From Haplodiscus bocki (taxonomy: Eukaryota), in assembly GCA_965655095.1 (NCBI GenBank), contig OZ296649.1, positions 29,202,001 to 29,266,000 of the forward strand: DNA of 64,000 bases, read 5' to 3'. Shown here piece by piece: positions 12,831-24,700 of this stretch (within the stretch, counting starts at the first letter, position 1; every line of letters begins with the position of its first letter). The notes beneath the pieces were generated by a model. That model had not been told where the DNA came from, did no database searches, and worked only from the letters and a program-made list of their open reading frames with translations. Position numbers and translations under genes: made by a program.

Positions 12831-15800
12831 AATCCGCTGAGTACAAGAATTGGAAGACAGGTTTCAGGGATGTTCAGCGTTGTCTCAGGGGAAAATCAGG
12901 AATGATGAGAGCTGTTTAAGAAGGCTTCAGTGGGTATCAGCTCTGTTTCAAAGAAAATCAGCGCTGAAACAGCACTGATTCAGAGCTGATTATTTTGCTC
13001 TGGATTTTTGGGTTTTTAGCGCTGTTTCAGAGAAAATCAGCGCTGAAACAGCTCTGATTCAGCTCTGTTTCAGAGAAAATCAGCGCTGTTTCAGCGCTGA
13101 TTTTTAGCTCTGAACATTTCCGTTTTCAGCGCTGTTCAGAGCTGAATCAGCGCTGTTCAGAGATTTTCAGATAATTAACAGCGCTGAAACAGACCTGAAA
13201 ATATTCTGAATCAGAGCTGATCAGCGCTGAATGTCTCTGAGACGTCAACCCGGATATCATTGATCTTTATTAGATGGAACATCACTGGCTTCACTGTGGA
13301 AAAACATCGAAAACATGAATGAAACACTGATTGAACATCAAAGATTCATCAATGTTTACAATGTTCGATGTAGAAATGATGCATCATCGATTTTAATGAT
13401 GACAACATTAATGAGCCAGCAATGCTAACAATGAGTTTTCGACTGTGACCTTCACAAAAATTTTGAATGGCCACAACTTTGTGTTTCTTCATGATCTGGA
13501 AACTCTGATTTTTTTGTACGCCCATTTTATGTTACTTCAGGGCTAGCGGCGGTAAATCGGAAAACTGGAGGCGTTAACAGCGGTCCTTTTCGGCATAAAT
13601 GCGTCAACGGCGTTTTACTGTAAAAAATACCTGAGTTAGGGGTGGTTTCGCCACCATACTGGCAGAATAGTGGAGTATTTTCAGAAAACTTTGGATCAAT
13701 AACTTATTTTTCCAGCCTAAGGACAGTTGTTAAAACTCAGCTCTCAATAACCTGTTCTCAACTTGTTGAAGTCTGCACATTTGTCTTCCATGAATAATGT
13801 ATTGATACATGTTGGATCAACACTTAACACTTATCACATTTCAACTAAAAATAATTTTTAAAAAATGGTTTCTGAGACTCGCAGAAAAGAAAGAAAGTCT
13901 ACTGGATTTCAAAAAGATCAGAGAATGAGAATATTAAATCAGAAAAGGAAACACAAAAGGACTTGAGATTATCAAAGTGTCTGACTAAATTCACTGCGAA
14001 GCAGAAGTCATTCCTCATACAGGAACGAGACTAGACCAAAATCATTCTAGGAAATGAAAAATATTAGAAACTTTTGACAACTATCAGGAAGAGTAGACAG
14101 AAAAGTAAGAGATGGATTATCTCTGACTTGTCTGATTTCAACGCTAGACCAGAAGCGGCATAAGTCTGGGGTAGTCTAAATTAAACTCTGACATCTTCTC
14201 TCAGTTTGATATCAGTTGTCAGGACAGAGCATAACCTTAGTTAATCTGATTGTTCAAATCCGAAAAACAATGTTGAAGAAGGGGCTTTAGGCACTTAAAA
14301 TTTTAGAAGATGTTATTAATCAAGATGTAAAAATAATACTGAACATTTCAGCTAGAACATTTGGAAAACATCAACTGGAGATATGCAAAGCTTGATTGTA
14401 TGTGTGAGGCACATTAGGTTCAAAATCTGAGACTACGAAATGACCATATTCGTTGGAAAATTACTAAGCTTTGCCGCCGCTTTCCACTTCCCGAGAAATC
14501 AACGCTCGATTATGCTTTTATGATACTTTTGTCATTCTTGTGACAAACTGAAATGGTATGTAGATCAAGGTAATTGACCAACAGCAAAAACAGTAGTCAT
14601 GTCTCATAAATTAAAAAAGAACAGTTATCGATTTATTTTCTGGAGTTTTTCGCTTAAAACACCCACGAGTGGCAATATAACGTTTTTCCAAGTCTCAGCG
14701 CTTACCGTTTAGCATCTTGGGGGAACACCAGCTGTCGCAAGCTTCCACATGCGTCGGACAAACGTATAATATTACGTATGGTAACACTTGCAGCGGGTCA
14801 AACAGATGATATTTGCCCCTTTACCAGGATGGAAACAGCAACTAGAACTCTTACATGTGGCTCTACCTAGTAGATTTTTACGTTAGTAAAAGTCTAGATT
14901 TATGTATATGTATATATAAACAAGTGTAAAGTATAGCAAATCCATACAAAACACGAAATTGACAATCTAAAGGCGAACGTGCTCAAAGATACTGTGTTGG
15001 AATGTAACCAATTAGTTATCGGTGCTGCCTTTATCTTGTTGGCTACTAACTAGATATTACGTCAATTCATCCACTAATGGCGGTGCTAGACTCTTTAATT
15101 TAATGTTCAGTCAAAATAACATTTGTCCACTGCTATTTGACCAGCCAAAGATAAAAGTAGCGCAGTAAAGAGAGTCAACAACCGGTCTTTTTACCGGCTT
15201 AGGACCGAACAAAATGAATCAGTTGTTAAAGATGCTATACCAGTATGTAAAAATGGTGAATACGTCATAATTACATTTACTCATATCATACGACCTGAAG
15301 AGTACGTTTATGCAGTTAGAACAGTATTATACTTAAACCACTCCTACTTGAAGAATATTACGTCCCATCAAAATACAATCCTGTCAGGTGATCAAAAAAT
15401 GATGATAGTTATTAAACTGAAGCCTTAATGATGAAGGCAGGCAATGGGAAGTCAGAAAAGCAATCAGTGGCCTAACCAGTAAATCCAACCTAGGTTGTAT
15501 AATGATTTTGACCGATAACCAAAACCATGCAATATATACGTGTTTTATGACACCTTATCCAAAAAGAATGACCCCAATTGACGAGATAGCCACATGGGGC
15601 ACTACAATTCAGGGATGAACCTTTCTAAAACTCATATATTAAATATTCCACAATATATTGATACTCAGGTGTTATTTCAGAAAAAACGGTCAAAAAATTG
15701 CCATCGGTGTTTGACCGGGCTCTACGTTCAAACGGAAGTCGCTCGTAGTAATTTGACCTAAATGGGAATTTGGGCCTCGGATTAGTAATTATAACATCCT

Positions 15801-16010
15801 AATGCAACTTTAATTTCTTAGATTAACATGCAACCATGTATAAACGCTACTGTAGCTTAACGCATGCCCTCTCAAGTATACATTATGTACATTATGTCTT
15901 TGAGAGAAGCCGTCTTTATATTTTAACAGTTTTTTCCACCCTTTTACTATTGATAATAAATTTGAAACGACCTCATGCAAACGCGGTAATAATTCCTTTG
16001 ATGACATTTG

Positions 16011-16051
16011 TAGTTATAGTTATAGTTATAGTTATAGTTACAGTTATAGTT
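16011..16051 (+). repeat. (TAGTTA)n hexanucleotide microsatellite, ~7 units
   Basis: tagtta x5, cagtta, tagtt. Confidence 0.95.
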
Positions 16052-16293
16052 GCACTTGTGACGTCATTAAACGATATACTCCGATAGGAAGCCGAACAGG
16101 GGGTCAACGAGGGGGACGACCGATCACTGACCCAGAAAGATGATTTCATTTGAATTGAAAAAGGAACAATGACAAGTTGCTTCCAAAAAACAATCTAACC
16201 TGATTTGTTTTTATTTTTAAAAATATCGCTGTTTCCGGCTCCTTTGTAAAACTTGACTGAATACTTTTGGTTATTTAACTTGTTGATTTTGCC

Positions 16294-16852
16294 ATGGTTG
16301 CTACTCGAAAGAAGAGGCAGCAAAATAAAAAACTTCTGAGCCAGTTAAGTGAGTCCGATACTGACTTCATGATTGGACGAAACAATCATGAAACCCAAAC
16401 TGAAAGCGGAACAAACACAAAAAAAAATTTAATTCATATAATGCAAATGACCCAGCGCAGGTTGATAGCTCTCAAGTAGATGTGCATACACTTGAGAAAA
16501 GTATTGCCAACAAAGTGCGAAATGTGGTGGGTATTGTGATGACAACGATCGGTATTGGAGTTCAAGATACAATTTTGACTGAAATGGAAAACTCTGTGAT
16601 TCCTAAGGTGGAACTAGCAATAAAATCGGTCATTGCGTCTTCTTGACAGGTTACAGATAGCGTTGTACCAGACACAGACCACAGAGAAAATCTCAGGAAG
16701 TATTGAAGGCCTTCATATGACCGCCTCAAGTAGAAATAATTCGAACACAGACTTGAATAAGATTGTTGAGACTTGTGGTAATTTTACCGTAAAAAGAGGT
16801 GAATTTTCGGTCAACAAAAGAAACTTTGACCAGCAAACACACACTCATCACA
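16294..16852 (+). pseudogene. Frameshifted ORF of unknown function (MVATRKKRQQNKKLLSQLSESD...)
   Basis: ATG in good context (gccATGG) and a basic N-terminus. ORFs 16294..16479 and 16633..16878 join through frameshifts and a stop via a helical-looking segment (VHTLEKSIANKVRNVV...IPKVELAIKSV). Confidence 0.45.
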
Positions 16853-17810
16853 CCAGCCACGCTGACAATTCAACTTAACTCCATAAAGATGCTTCAAAGG
16901 GCAAAAAAATTAAAGGTTGGAAGAAACTTTTTCGGCAATTTTTGGCCTAAATTTAGCTGAAATCATTATTGGAAGCCTAAAATCGACTTAGTTCAAATAA
17001 CCAGAGCAAGTATTTTGCAAGTATAAACATGGCACGTATTTTGCAGAATCCGTGCAATCAAAAGAAGGATTTTTGTCAGCCTAATCTATAAATGCAAGCT
17101 GTTCTGGAACGCCAAATAGGAGGTAAAATTCGGAGAAAAAATTATCGAAGTAGTATAGTCCTCATATCGCCTAAAGCGTAAGTTTAAAAACTTGAGACAT
17201 GAATCTTCAAGTCGCAAAACTTGGAGAACAAATTCATGGAGAACTGAGTGCACTTCCTATCAAATGATGAGAAAAAACTGGCAGAAAAGCTGAAAAAAAG
17301 AAACCTTACGTTTTTTGCGTTTTCCGTGAAAACTTGACAAAAAATTGACAAAGTTTTCCAATAACACTGTTGTAAATCATGGGTTTCCCATCGCTTAGTA
17401 CCAAAATGCCTTTTATTTGAAGCATACTTTACATAAGTTCTACTGTCCCTAAAACGTGAATATTTAGCATTTGCCTTCTCAATAAGCCTCGTTTTGCTAT
17501 TGCTTTTGCTAATTACTCCGGTGAATATTTTTCCCAGTCAAAAATTTTAGTTCTGACTGAATGCGACCTTGTCATTCCAATCATGCACAAATAGAAAAAC
17601 TCGGTTGAGACAATTTTGGGCCAATAAATAAATAAATTCCAAACCTCGAAAAACGTGACGTCAATGGCTTTCGCTACGTTCATCTGTAAATAGACTCCTT
17701 GTCAAAGTTTTTGAAATTATTGCTTTTTTAAAATAAAAAGATTTTGTAGTATGGTGACTGTTTGATGTAAACTCAAATCATGAAGTTTTCAATCTCAAGA
17801 AGGGAATTAC

Positions 17811-17997
17811 TCCGGTAAAATTGAACTCTTTGCAACATTTTTCGACAGCTTTTTTGGGAAATGTGCTGTAATCAAAAGTTGTACTGGAGAATACAGGCAG
17901 GATTTTTATGTTGGCTCGTAACTTTCTATGCACGTGAGTCATATTAAATTCTACTACATCGTTGAAATTTTTGCAGAAATCATCACAACTTTTTATT
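17811..17997 (-). CDS. Candidate internal coding exon of an unidentified spliced gene
   Basis: ttgttgtag acceptor and gtaatt donor; open frame IKSCDDFCKNF...EKCCKEFNFTG; phase-compatible with 18087-18136. Confidence 0.3.
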
Positions 17998-18086
17998 CTA
18001 CAACAAAGACAACTTAGTTTGCGATACATCAGCATTCGTGAAAATTGCGTCAACTTTTTAGAACTATACTGAATCGCAAAACTCAC

Positions 18087-18136
18087 TGGGTATAAAGATT
18101 GCCATTTGAGAGAATACTAACAAAATAACTTTTATT
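18087..18136 (-). CDS. Candidate 50-nt coding exon (NKSYFVSILSNGNLYT)
   Basis: ttctttag acceptor and strong gtgagt donor; phase 0 in, phase 2 out, compatible with both neighbouring candidate exons. Confidence 0.3.
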
Positions 18137-18289
18137 CTAAAGAATTTCAGGTTGCGGATTATGAAGCAAACGTAAACATGTTTCCTGCTCAATTAATCTA
18201 AATACGTCTTTTTTTTTCATTGTCTTGGTCCAATGTAAAACTAGACGAATTGATAATCAGTAATGATTGGTGACTGGAATACTTTTTTC

Positions 18290-20731
18290 CTATTGAAGTC
18301 CTTGTTCTGAGCTTGATTTATCTTCCGTAGCTTTTGAGGGTTCTTTCGAGTGAAAACTACTTTTGTCTTCATTTTCTGTCGCCTCAAAGCCCATTTTGTT
18401 CTCGGGTTTGTTGACATTGGTTTCTGTCGCAGGAACATCATCATTTTTAGAGAAACTATCCCGATCATTCTTTTCACCAACGTCAAAGGATATGTCCAAA
18501 TTTTCTGGGCTCCCTTCTTCAGATCTTTTTTCATCTTGAATTATTTCTGATTCCGCTTCATTTTGATCAATAATCTCATTTCTAATTTCCCTGGCTTCAC
18601 TCCTATCAGGATTAGCATAGTCTATGACATCATAATTATTTTCCAAAAGTACTTCACTCTGTGATTCTTCCTCGCATTCGTCTCTCGTGTCATGAAGTTT
18701 CAACTGTTCTGGCTGTGAATCATCTGACTTCAAATTGTTCTCTCCGGAAACTTCTGACGTCACTTTTTCATCCACTTTTTTATCATTGTTTTCATCATCT
18801 ATTAACTTGACAAACGAATTTTTCGACATACTGATAGCGTTTTTAGACACGTTTTCCAGTTTTTCAGATGACAATTCTTCAAAAGTTCTAGTTTTTGGCG
18901 AACCCCAAGTATTATCTGGTACATCGTCATTTTCAGTCTCACCAATTTCTGGTTCGTGCGCATTAGTTTGAGATGCTGCAAAGTTTTTGTCTGAGTCTGG
19001 TTTTTGGGGACTTTGCTCACTTGGTTGCAATGGTTTGGTTTCGTTCGCCGGTTCTTTCAACTTTTTCGGTGCCTTTTCGTGTGCTAGCTCTTGTCCGTTT
19101 TTCATTCCTTTGTTATTGATTTCATCTTTTTTCGCGGATACTGCTTTACAACTACTGTTTTTCTTTTGATCCTCTAGTGACGTAAGATCAAGTGGAACTC
19201 CTGCCTTCTCAACGACTGCATCGTAAACTTCCTCTTGAACTGGTTCCTGCAGCACTCTTTTGTTCTCCTCGGGACTTTCGTACCCCGACTTCTGTCGCTT
19301 CTTTTCCCCAATCTCTGGAAGAGCATCACGTGACCCCAGCCTTGAAGCGTTTGCAAAGTGTCTAGAATCTTCGGTCAATCCTTTGGATTCTGACTCATCT
19401 GGAAAAACTTTCGTATGTCTTCTTCCTCTCAATCTTGACTTGTTTTGCCTTGTTTCCAAATTTCGAGGAGTTACTTGGTCAGACGTTAATCCACTTTCTT
19501 CGTGTATCGCTTGAAATTGGTTACTCAACTGGTTTTCTTCCGAGGCAACCTGCTGGGCAAATTTTTTACGATGTGCAGCAGAAAGTTCATCATTGCTGAC
19601 GAAATGAACTTTTTTGTTATTAAAAACTGGCTCCGATTGGTGAGAAAAGTGTTTTTTGATGCGGTTTCTTGGCATTTTTGAACTGATTTCAATTAAGTCT
19701 TGATTATTTGGTTCGACTTCAATTTTCATATTGTCATTCTCGGAAAACCTGGGCGTTATTCTTCGTTTGAAAGAGGTTTCCAACTGAATCGGATTTGTGT
19801 TATTGATTGACGGGAAGTAAGAATTTTCGTTTCCATTGCTGTTTGATTTGGCAGGTGTGAACCAATCTTTGTTGTGTTGCACTATATTTTTCTCTATTTT
19901 CCGAGGCGAAAAGTTGATATTCTCAAATGACTTGATTTTGGGTTTGCCTTCCACCTGCAATGGCTCGTCAAAAATTTTCAAATTAGGATTTGATCGAGGT
20001 TGAAAATTCAAGTTTTCTAAACTGCCAATTCTTGCCTTCGCATTCGAGTTGAAGTCAACTTTTTCGCGAAAAATAACAACTTGGGGTCGTTGGTTTTTGT
20101 AATCTAAACAGCTGTACGTGTCTAACTTTGATCTGGCAAGAGATCGGAAATTTACTTTTTCATTGAAAATTTTATAGTTTGATGGCTGTGGGGTACAGTA
20201 AGAGAGGTTGTCTAAACTTCGGACTCGAGATTTTGCCATTTTGCGAAAGTTCAGTTTTTCTTGGTAGATATAACCATTATTGGCGTGCAAAGAATTGGAA
20301 TGAGTCGTAGATCCACTGTTCCTTAGATCCCGCGAGTTTGGATCCTGGTTGTTATTCCTACTAAACTGATCATATCCATGCCCTGAGCTCGTTATAAATG
20401 GCAACACATTGTTATAACTGAACATAGATTCTTTTTCTGCCGCAGATTCGGGTAAATTACTGGCACCATACGTAGGATCGTCTTTTCTTTGGTCCGTAGA
20501 TGGGTTAATAACATCCGGAGCTTCTGCTTCGATTCCAGAGTCGCTGTTATTGGCAGAATTATGGTTGGAAACTTTGACAAAATTTCCATTTGGGTCTGAT
20601 TTATCACCAAACTTTGAGCTCCGTTGAGGATCAATTGCGGGAAGCTTTGGGTTTTTATCGTTGGACTGATCAACAGTTTGAACATCGGCTCTTCCTTCAT
20701 TTTGCCCTCCGCCCTCCGTTTCGGTGTCCAT
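18290..20731 (-). CDS. Intronless 813-aa tau/MAP2/MAP4-like microtubule-binding-repeat protein
   Basis: Only long intact ORF in the window; ATG at 20731 (the track starts at GTG 20740). About four ~32-aa repeats at 19847-20272 (AKSRVRSLDNL, ARSKLDTYSCL, AKARIGSLENL, GKPKIKSFENI) with KIFxEKVxF linkers resemble tau SKIGSLDNI...KIETHKLTFRENAKAK. The remainder is low-complexity and E/D/K/S/N-rich. Confidence 0.8.
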   Translation of the reverse strand: MDTETEGGGQNEGRADVQTVDQSNDKNPKLPAIDPQRSSKFGDKSDPNGNFVKVSNHNSANNSDSGIEAEAPDVINPSTDQRKDDPTYGASNLPESAAEKESMFSYNNVLPFITSSGHGYDQFSRNNNQDPNSRDLRNSGSTTHSNSLHANNGYIYQEKLNFRKMAKSRVRSLDNLSYCTPQPSNYKIFNEKVNFRSLARSKLDTYSCLDYKNQRPQVVIFREKVDFNSNAKARIGSLENLNFQPRSNPNLKIFDEPLQVEGKPKIKSFENINFSPRKIEKNIVQHNKDWFTPAKSNSNGNENSYFPSINNTNPIQLETSFKRRITPRFSENDNMKIEVEPNNQDLIEISSKMPRNRIKKHFSHQSEPVFNNKKVHFVSNDELSAAHRKKFAQQVASEENQLSNQFQAIHEESGLTSDQVTPRNLETRQNKSRLRGRRHTKVFPDESESKGLTEDSRHFANASRLGSRDALPEIGEKKRQKSGYESPEENKRVLQEPVQEEVYDAVVEKAGVPLDLTSLEDQKKNSSCKAVSAKKDEINNKGMKNGQELAHEKAPKKLKEPANETKPLQPSEQSPQKPDSDKNFAASQTNAHEPEIGETENDDVPDNTWGSPKTRTFEELSSEKLENVSKNAISMSKNSFVKLIDDENNDKKVDEKVTSEVSGENNLKSDDSQPEQLKLHDTRDECEEESQSEVLLENNYDVIDYANPDRSEAREIRNEIIDQNEAESEIIQDEKRSEEGSPENLDISFDVGEKNDRDSFSKNDDVPATETNVNKPENKMGFEATENEDKSSFHSKEPSKATEDKSSSEQGLQ

Positions 20732-21202
20732 TTTTAACACAAATAGATTTTTTGAAAATTTTCAACGTTTTGCTGCCTCTAAACAACGACCTTTTTCACA
20801 AAGCGTAACGACGGAGGGAAAGAATTTGCTATGGATGCTAGTAATGAAAAATTGCCACCGGTTGCCGCAGAAATTAAGCGGTTTATGACAAAGTGAATGC
20901 ACCTTGCGTTATGTAATCTGTTTACAACGTGTAGTCCAATCGGTGCCTTCCAAAGTGATTATAATTGTATTTATAATCCACCTTTTGCCCCTTTTTGAAA
21001 ATAAATAAAATAGAAATGTGTGCGAACTGAAAAAGGCAGGTTTGACGAATAACAAACCAAAAAATGTTACGTAATAACGGCTTCAAACGATTTTTTGGGA
21101 TTTGTATTGAGCACCGGCACCTCTGTAGGTATTCAATTGCGGATTGTTTGTAGATATTTTTGGTATAAAATGGTATAGCAGGAAAAAAATATTTCTAATT
21201 AC

Positions 21203-21395
21203 ATCTTGACTACTCCATCCCATGTTTGCACGTAGCAGAGGAAGTGAACAAAAGCGAGTTCTGCTGATTGCATTGTGTATCCCTTCAACACCTGCACAGC
21301 CGGCAAAGCAGCTTTTCTGGTCATTCCATCTCCACTCCTTTCTATCCAACACTTCCTTCCAGTGTAGCCGCAGCGAACCTCCGAACCATGTCTCT
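21203..21395 (-). CDS. Candidate 193-nt coding exon (ETWFGGSLRLHWKEVLDRKEWRWNDQ...MGWSSQD)
   Basis: tctttcattctaaccag acceptor with a ctaac branch-like motif, gtaatt donor, open frame, locally higher GC. Confidence 0.35.
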
Positions 21396-22499
21396 CTGGT
21401 TAGAATGAAAGAGTGCAGCGGTCAAAAACGCGGGAGAATGAATGTACGCTTGGCAAGCATGACCATTTTTGTCATAATTGTTTGAAGAAAAAACAGTTGG
21501 TTGAAATATAACAAACAGAACGTTACGTCAGACGGCGTTTCCAGGACCTTAGGTGTACCAGAAAAGTCGTTTAGATTCTAAAACATTAATGAATAGTCTG
21601 ACAAATGTGATAAGGCGAAGCAGCAGTTGAGTTTTGGTGTAAGAATAGTTTGTTCCAACAAAAAATTACAATAACGAGAAACAGTTGAGGCTAATTAGAA
21701 GGCTCCGTTGTTTGATAGCAAACCAAATGCTGATATTACTTACTTCGAGCAAAAACTAGCAAAATTTATGCAACCGTCACGAAGCTCTTTAAACTGAAAA
21801 AGTTTTGGTTGAGGAAAATTCAGTTAAATAATTTAATCTTCTCAATAAGTTAATATCTTTTTGAATTGAGCACAAAGTATGATAATTTTTTCAGCGCATA
21901 AACCAATTTAAAAGAATTTCAACTTCTATTTTGAATAAACTCTTGAAATATTAATATACTTATATTAAGCATATTTATATTCTCAAGCATCATCTTGATG
22001 ACAATTTGGCCAAAAGTGATGCTTGAGGGCATAGATTTCATTTATCATTGAGTATGTAGGCTCTACATTAGTCTATTGGTCAGTCGAAAAGCACCAATTT
22101 TTTCTACGCATATGAAATTCATTCCAATTTTTTAGGAATCAAAACCAAACGAAACAAGAGGCGCAGTCGCACTGCAAGATTTTACATCAATGGGGCGCAT
22201 AAAAAATTGATCGAACGTTCCACGAATAATTTTTACAAAGAAGCCCAATATTAACAAAAAAAATCTTGACCCAAACCTTGTCGGAAGAACTTGAGCCCGT
22301 AGCTTCAATGAATTTTGGGTTTGAAAATCGACAAAACGAGAATATTAATTGGAACTTTTCGCATTCTCAGCCTACCAAGATTCCAACAAAAGGGATCAGA
22401 ACAGGAGATTGATAAATATAAGGCTCACCTAGCATCTATATATCTGCCAATTCAGACTTTGGTAGAAGAATTCAAAGTTGTAACCTTTGAGAAGGATGA

Positions 22500-24700
22500 G
22501 TTAGAATTCCGAGACTTGTTTATACTAATGACACTTGTGCCCCTTTTGGCCAATCAAAATTCCAATTCTCATGCAAAAAACAAGTTTCAAGACATTTAGA
22601 AACGAAAAGCTCGGCTCAAGTAAAAGGTTGTCGATTGAAACTTTAACCGAAAAATGAAGCAAGTAGAGTTAAAAAAAACAAGAGTTCCATTATGGAGGCA
22701 TATCAACACTGAAAGCAATTTCTGGCGTCTCTGGTCCATCAAGACTCCACTGTGTTAAGGAAAATTAAAGATTTTCAACCGAAAATTGGTATGCAAAAAA
22801 TAGGCGTTAGATCAAGACCTTGAAAGACCAAATCAGTCAGTAGTTATGGAGAAGCACCAGTTTCAAAACAGAGATAAGTCCGTATAACAAACATTTCCGG
22901 CATTTCCGAATCATCAGAAATCCAATGCATTAACAAAAATGATATTTTTTCAACCCAATACTTCTCTCTGAAGTAAAATTTTTTCAAATGTGTCCCTGGT
23001 GGAAGAAACATAGCCAGCCAATGTAGAGAAACACGATTTTGTAAAAGGAGATGTATCAAAAATACTCGCATTTCGGTATTCTCGGCCTATCATGATACCG
23101 ATGCGAATAACAAAATCAATTTTTCTAAAGTTTGTAACTCCATCAAAAATGAAAAACGTTAAAAAGAGACCTATCAGCAAGAAATCCAGTAAGCGATTAT
23201 GCAGAGGAAAGAGTGGGAATATCGAAAAAATGTCACAACTAAATTTCTTGGCATCATTGAACTATCAAATGTCCAACACAAGAGCAAGATCAGTCATTTT
23301 AAAAATCAAAGTAAATGTACGATAGAAAAAATTGTCGATTTCTTGATGAAAAAGATCTAAATTGTTGCTACGGAGAAAACATTAGTTTAGACACCAAGGT
23401 AAGTCACAATTAAAAAAACATTGGAGTACGTTTGGACTTTTTGGAATCCGAGGCCGTGAACAAAAAGGACGGTTTTTCAACTCGAACTCCTCTAAAAGTA
23501 AAACAACTTCGAATCACACCTTAAAGAGAGAATTTAGGTCTGTGGTTACGGAGGAAAAGAGTTTGAATCTCGGAATTATTCAAAAATGTTTGAAGATTTT
23601 GCAACGGCAGGTTTATCAAGATTCTGATGCAAGGATCAGCGTAAATGACTTTCCAATCGGATCCTCCTCTACAAATGTAAAGCTCCGAGCGAGACTTTGA
23701 AGCAAAGAAGCCAAACGGTAGTCAGGGAGAAACTGGTGTCCCAATATCGAGGTATATCAAAAAGATTTTAATTTTTGAAATTTTCGGACGTTCACTTTTC
23801 TTAACCAAAGATCGGAAGAAATACTTTTTGAGAGAAATTTTCTTCCGCAATTTCAAATCTATCCACTGAAACCCTGATGGACCAAACGAAGCCTATTAGT
23901 ACAAAAAATGAGTTTCGAAAAATGGCGATGAATCAAAATTAAAAGCAGTTGTTGGGATTTTAACAATATCAGGATTCTGATACGAGGAAAAAGCAACAAT
24001 TCTTCAATCGAATGGTTTCCAACACGTGTAAATCTTTCCTGTGACATTTTGATGGTAGGAGGTGAACCAGTGCTGGTGAAGATAAAAAGCTTGGAAGCCA
24101 ATATTTTCATAACCGAAGCGTTCTTTTGGCATCACCGTCTACCAGGACTGGGACGTAAACAAGGTCTTGAAAAACTTTTCAATAGATTTTACTGGTACAA
24201 GTGGCAACTTTATTTTTGAGACTTACAAAAAAGGACTGAATTTTGCATTTTTTGGAGAAATGTCCGTTGCAACTTCCGGGACTTTAAATCGAAATTGGCC
24301 TACTTTGGCGATCCCTCGATGTGATCACAGAACGATATGTTCCAGCAAAAACGGATTCGAAATATATTTGTTATTTCAACCTCTGAGGAAGTATGATATT
24401 GAAAAAAATGCTACGGAAAAAACGAAAAAGGTCTTTCTCTAATTACATTTATAAAATAAACTTTGAAGGGGTTCATAAATTTTTTTCCAAAGTGTTGACA
24501 AGATCCAACAATTTTTTCTTCTTCTCGTGAAACATCAAAGAAGAATGATTTGTTTCTTTTACGTCGGAAAACGGAGAATGCACCGGGAAGAAAACCCACC
24601 TATCAAAAAACCTTAATTTTTGTGAAACAAACCCGGCCTTTTGCTATACAAAAAAAATCAGGTGATAACGAGTGTCTACAAATTTGTAGAAATTAGGTCC
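22500..24700 (+). pseudogene. Heavily decayed retrotransposon pol-like remnant
   Basis: Only scattered motifs remain: RVP near 22685, integrase-like IDFTG (24182), NWPT (~24295) and GRKPT (~24585). No long frame. Confidence 0.3.

Larger units (their letters stand above)
6491..13254. mobile_element. Candidate non-autonomous TIR element with CAGCGCTG-rich subterminal repeats and TA flanks
   Basis: Left end CCTGGGTTGAAGTCCCAGAGCAAATCAGCGCTGATCAGC resembles the reverse complement of the right end, TCCGGGTTGACGTCTCAGAGACATTCAGCGCTGATCAGC. TA lies on both sides (6489-90, 13255-56). Palindromic CAGCGCTG/CAGAGCTG arrays at 6515-6615, 6915-7020 and 12840-13230. Confidence 0.55.
5188..13698. mobile_element. 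Candidate old DNA-transposon-like element bounded by a 13-bp inverted repeat (outer shell of a nested stack)
   Basis: TGATCCAAAGTTT (5188-5200) and AAACTTTGGATCA (13686-13698) form a perfect inverted pair. Both arms carry tcaacggcgttttac (~5338, ~13604). No clear TSD. Confidence 0.35.
15997..16852 (+). mobile_element. Probable solo LTR / LTR fragment containing a decayed ORF
   Basis: Termini TTTGATGA...TCATCACA match a TGTGATGA/TCATCACA inverted pair with one mismatch. An internal frameshifted ORF runs to the right end. No TSD found. Confidence 0.4.

Noticed and set aside
12840-13254. Palindromic CAGCGCTG repeats as a CRISPR array
   Set aside because: Repeats are degenerate and irregularly spaced, with no unique spacers or cas genes, in a eukaryotic context.
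14706-14866. Possible further minus-strand exon (ctactag acceptor, gtaagc donor)
   Set aside because: All three frames contain a stop; the best frame has an internal TGA.
18350-20808. Short ORFs overlapping the tau-like CDS on either strand
   Set aside because: Shadow frames of the long low-complexity ORF.
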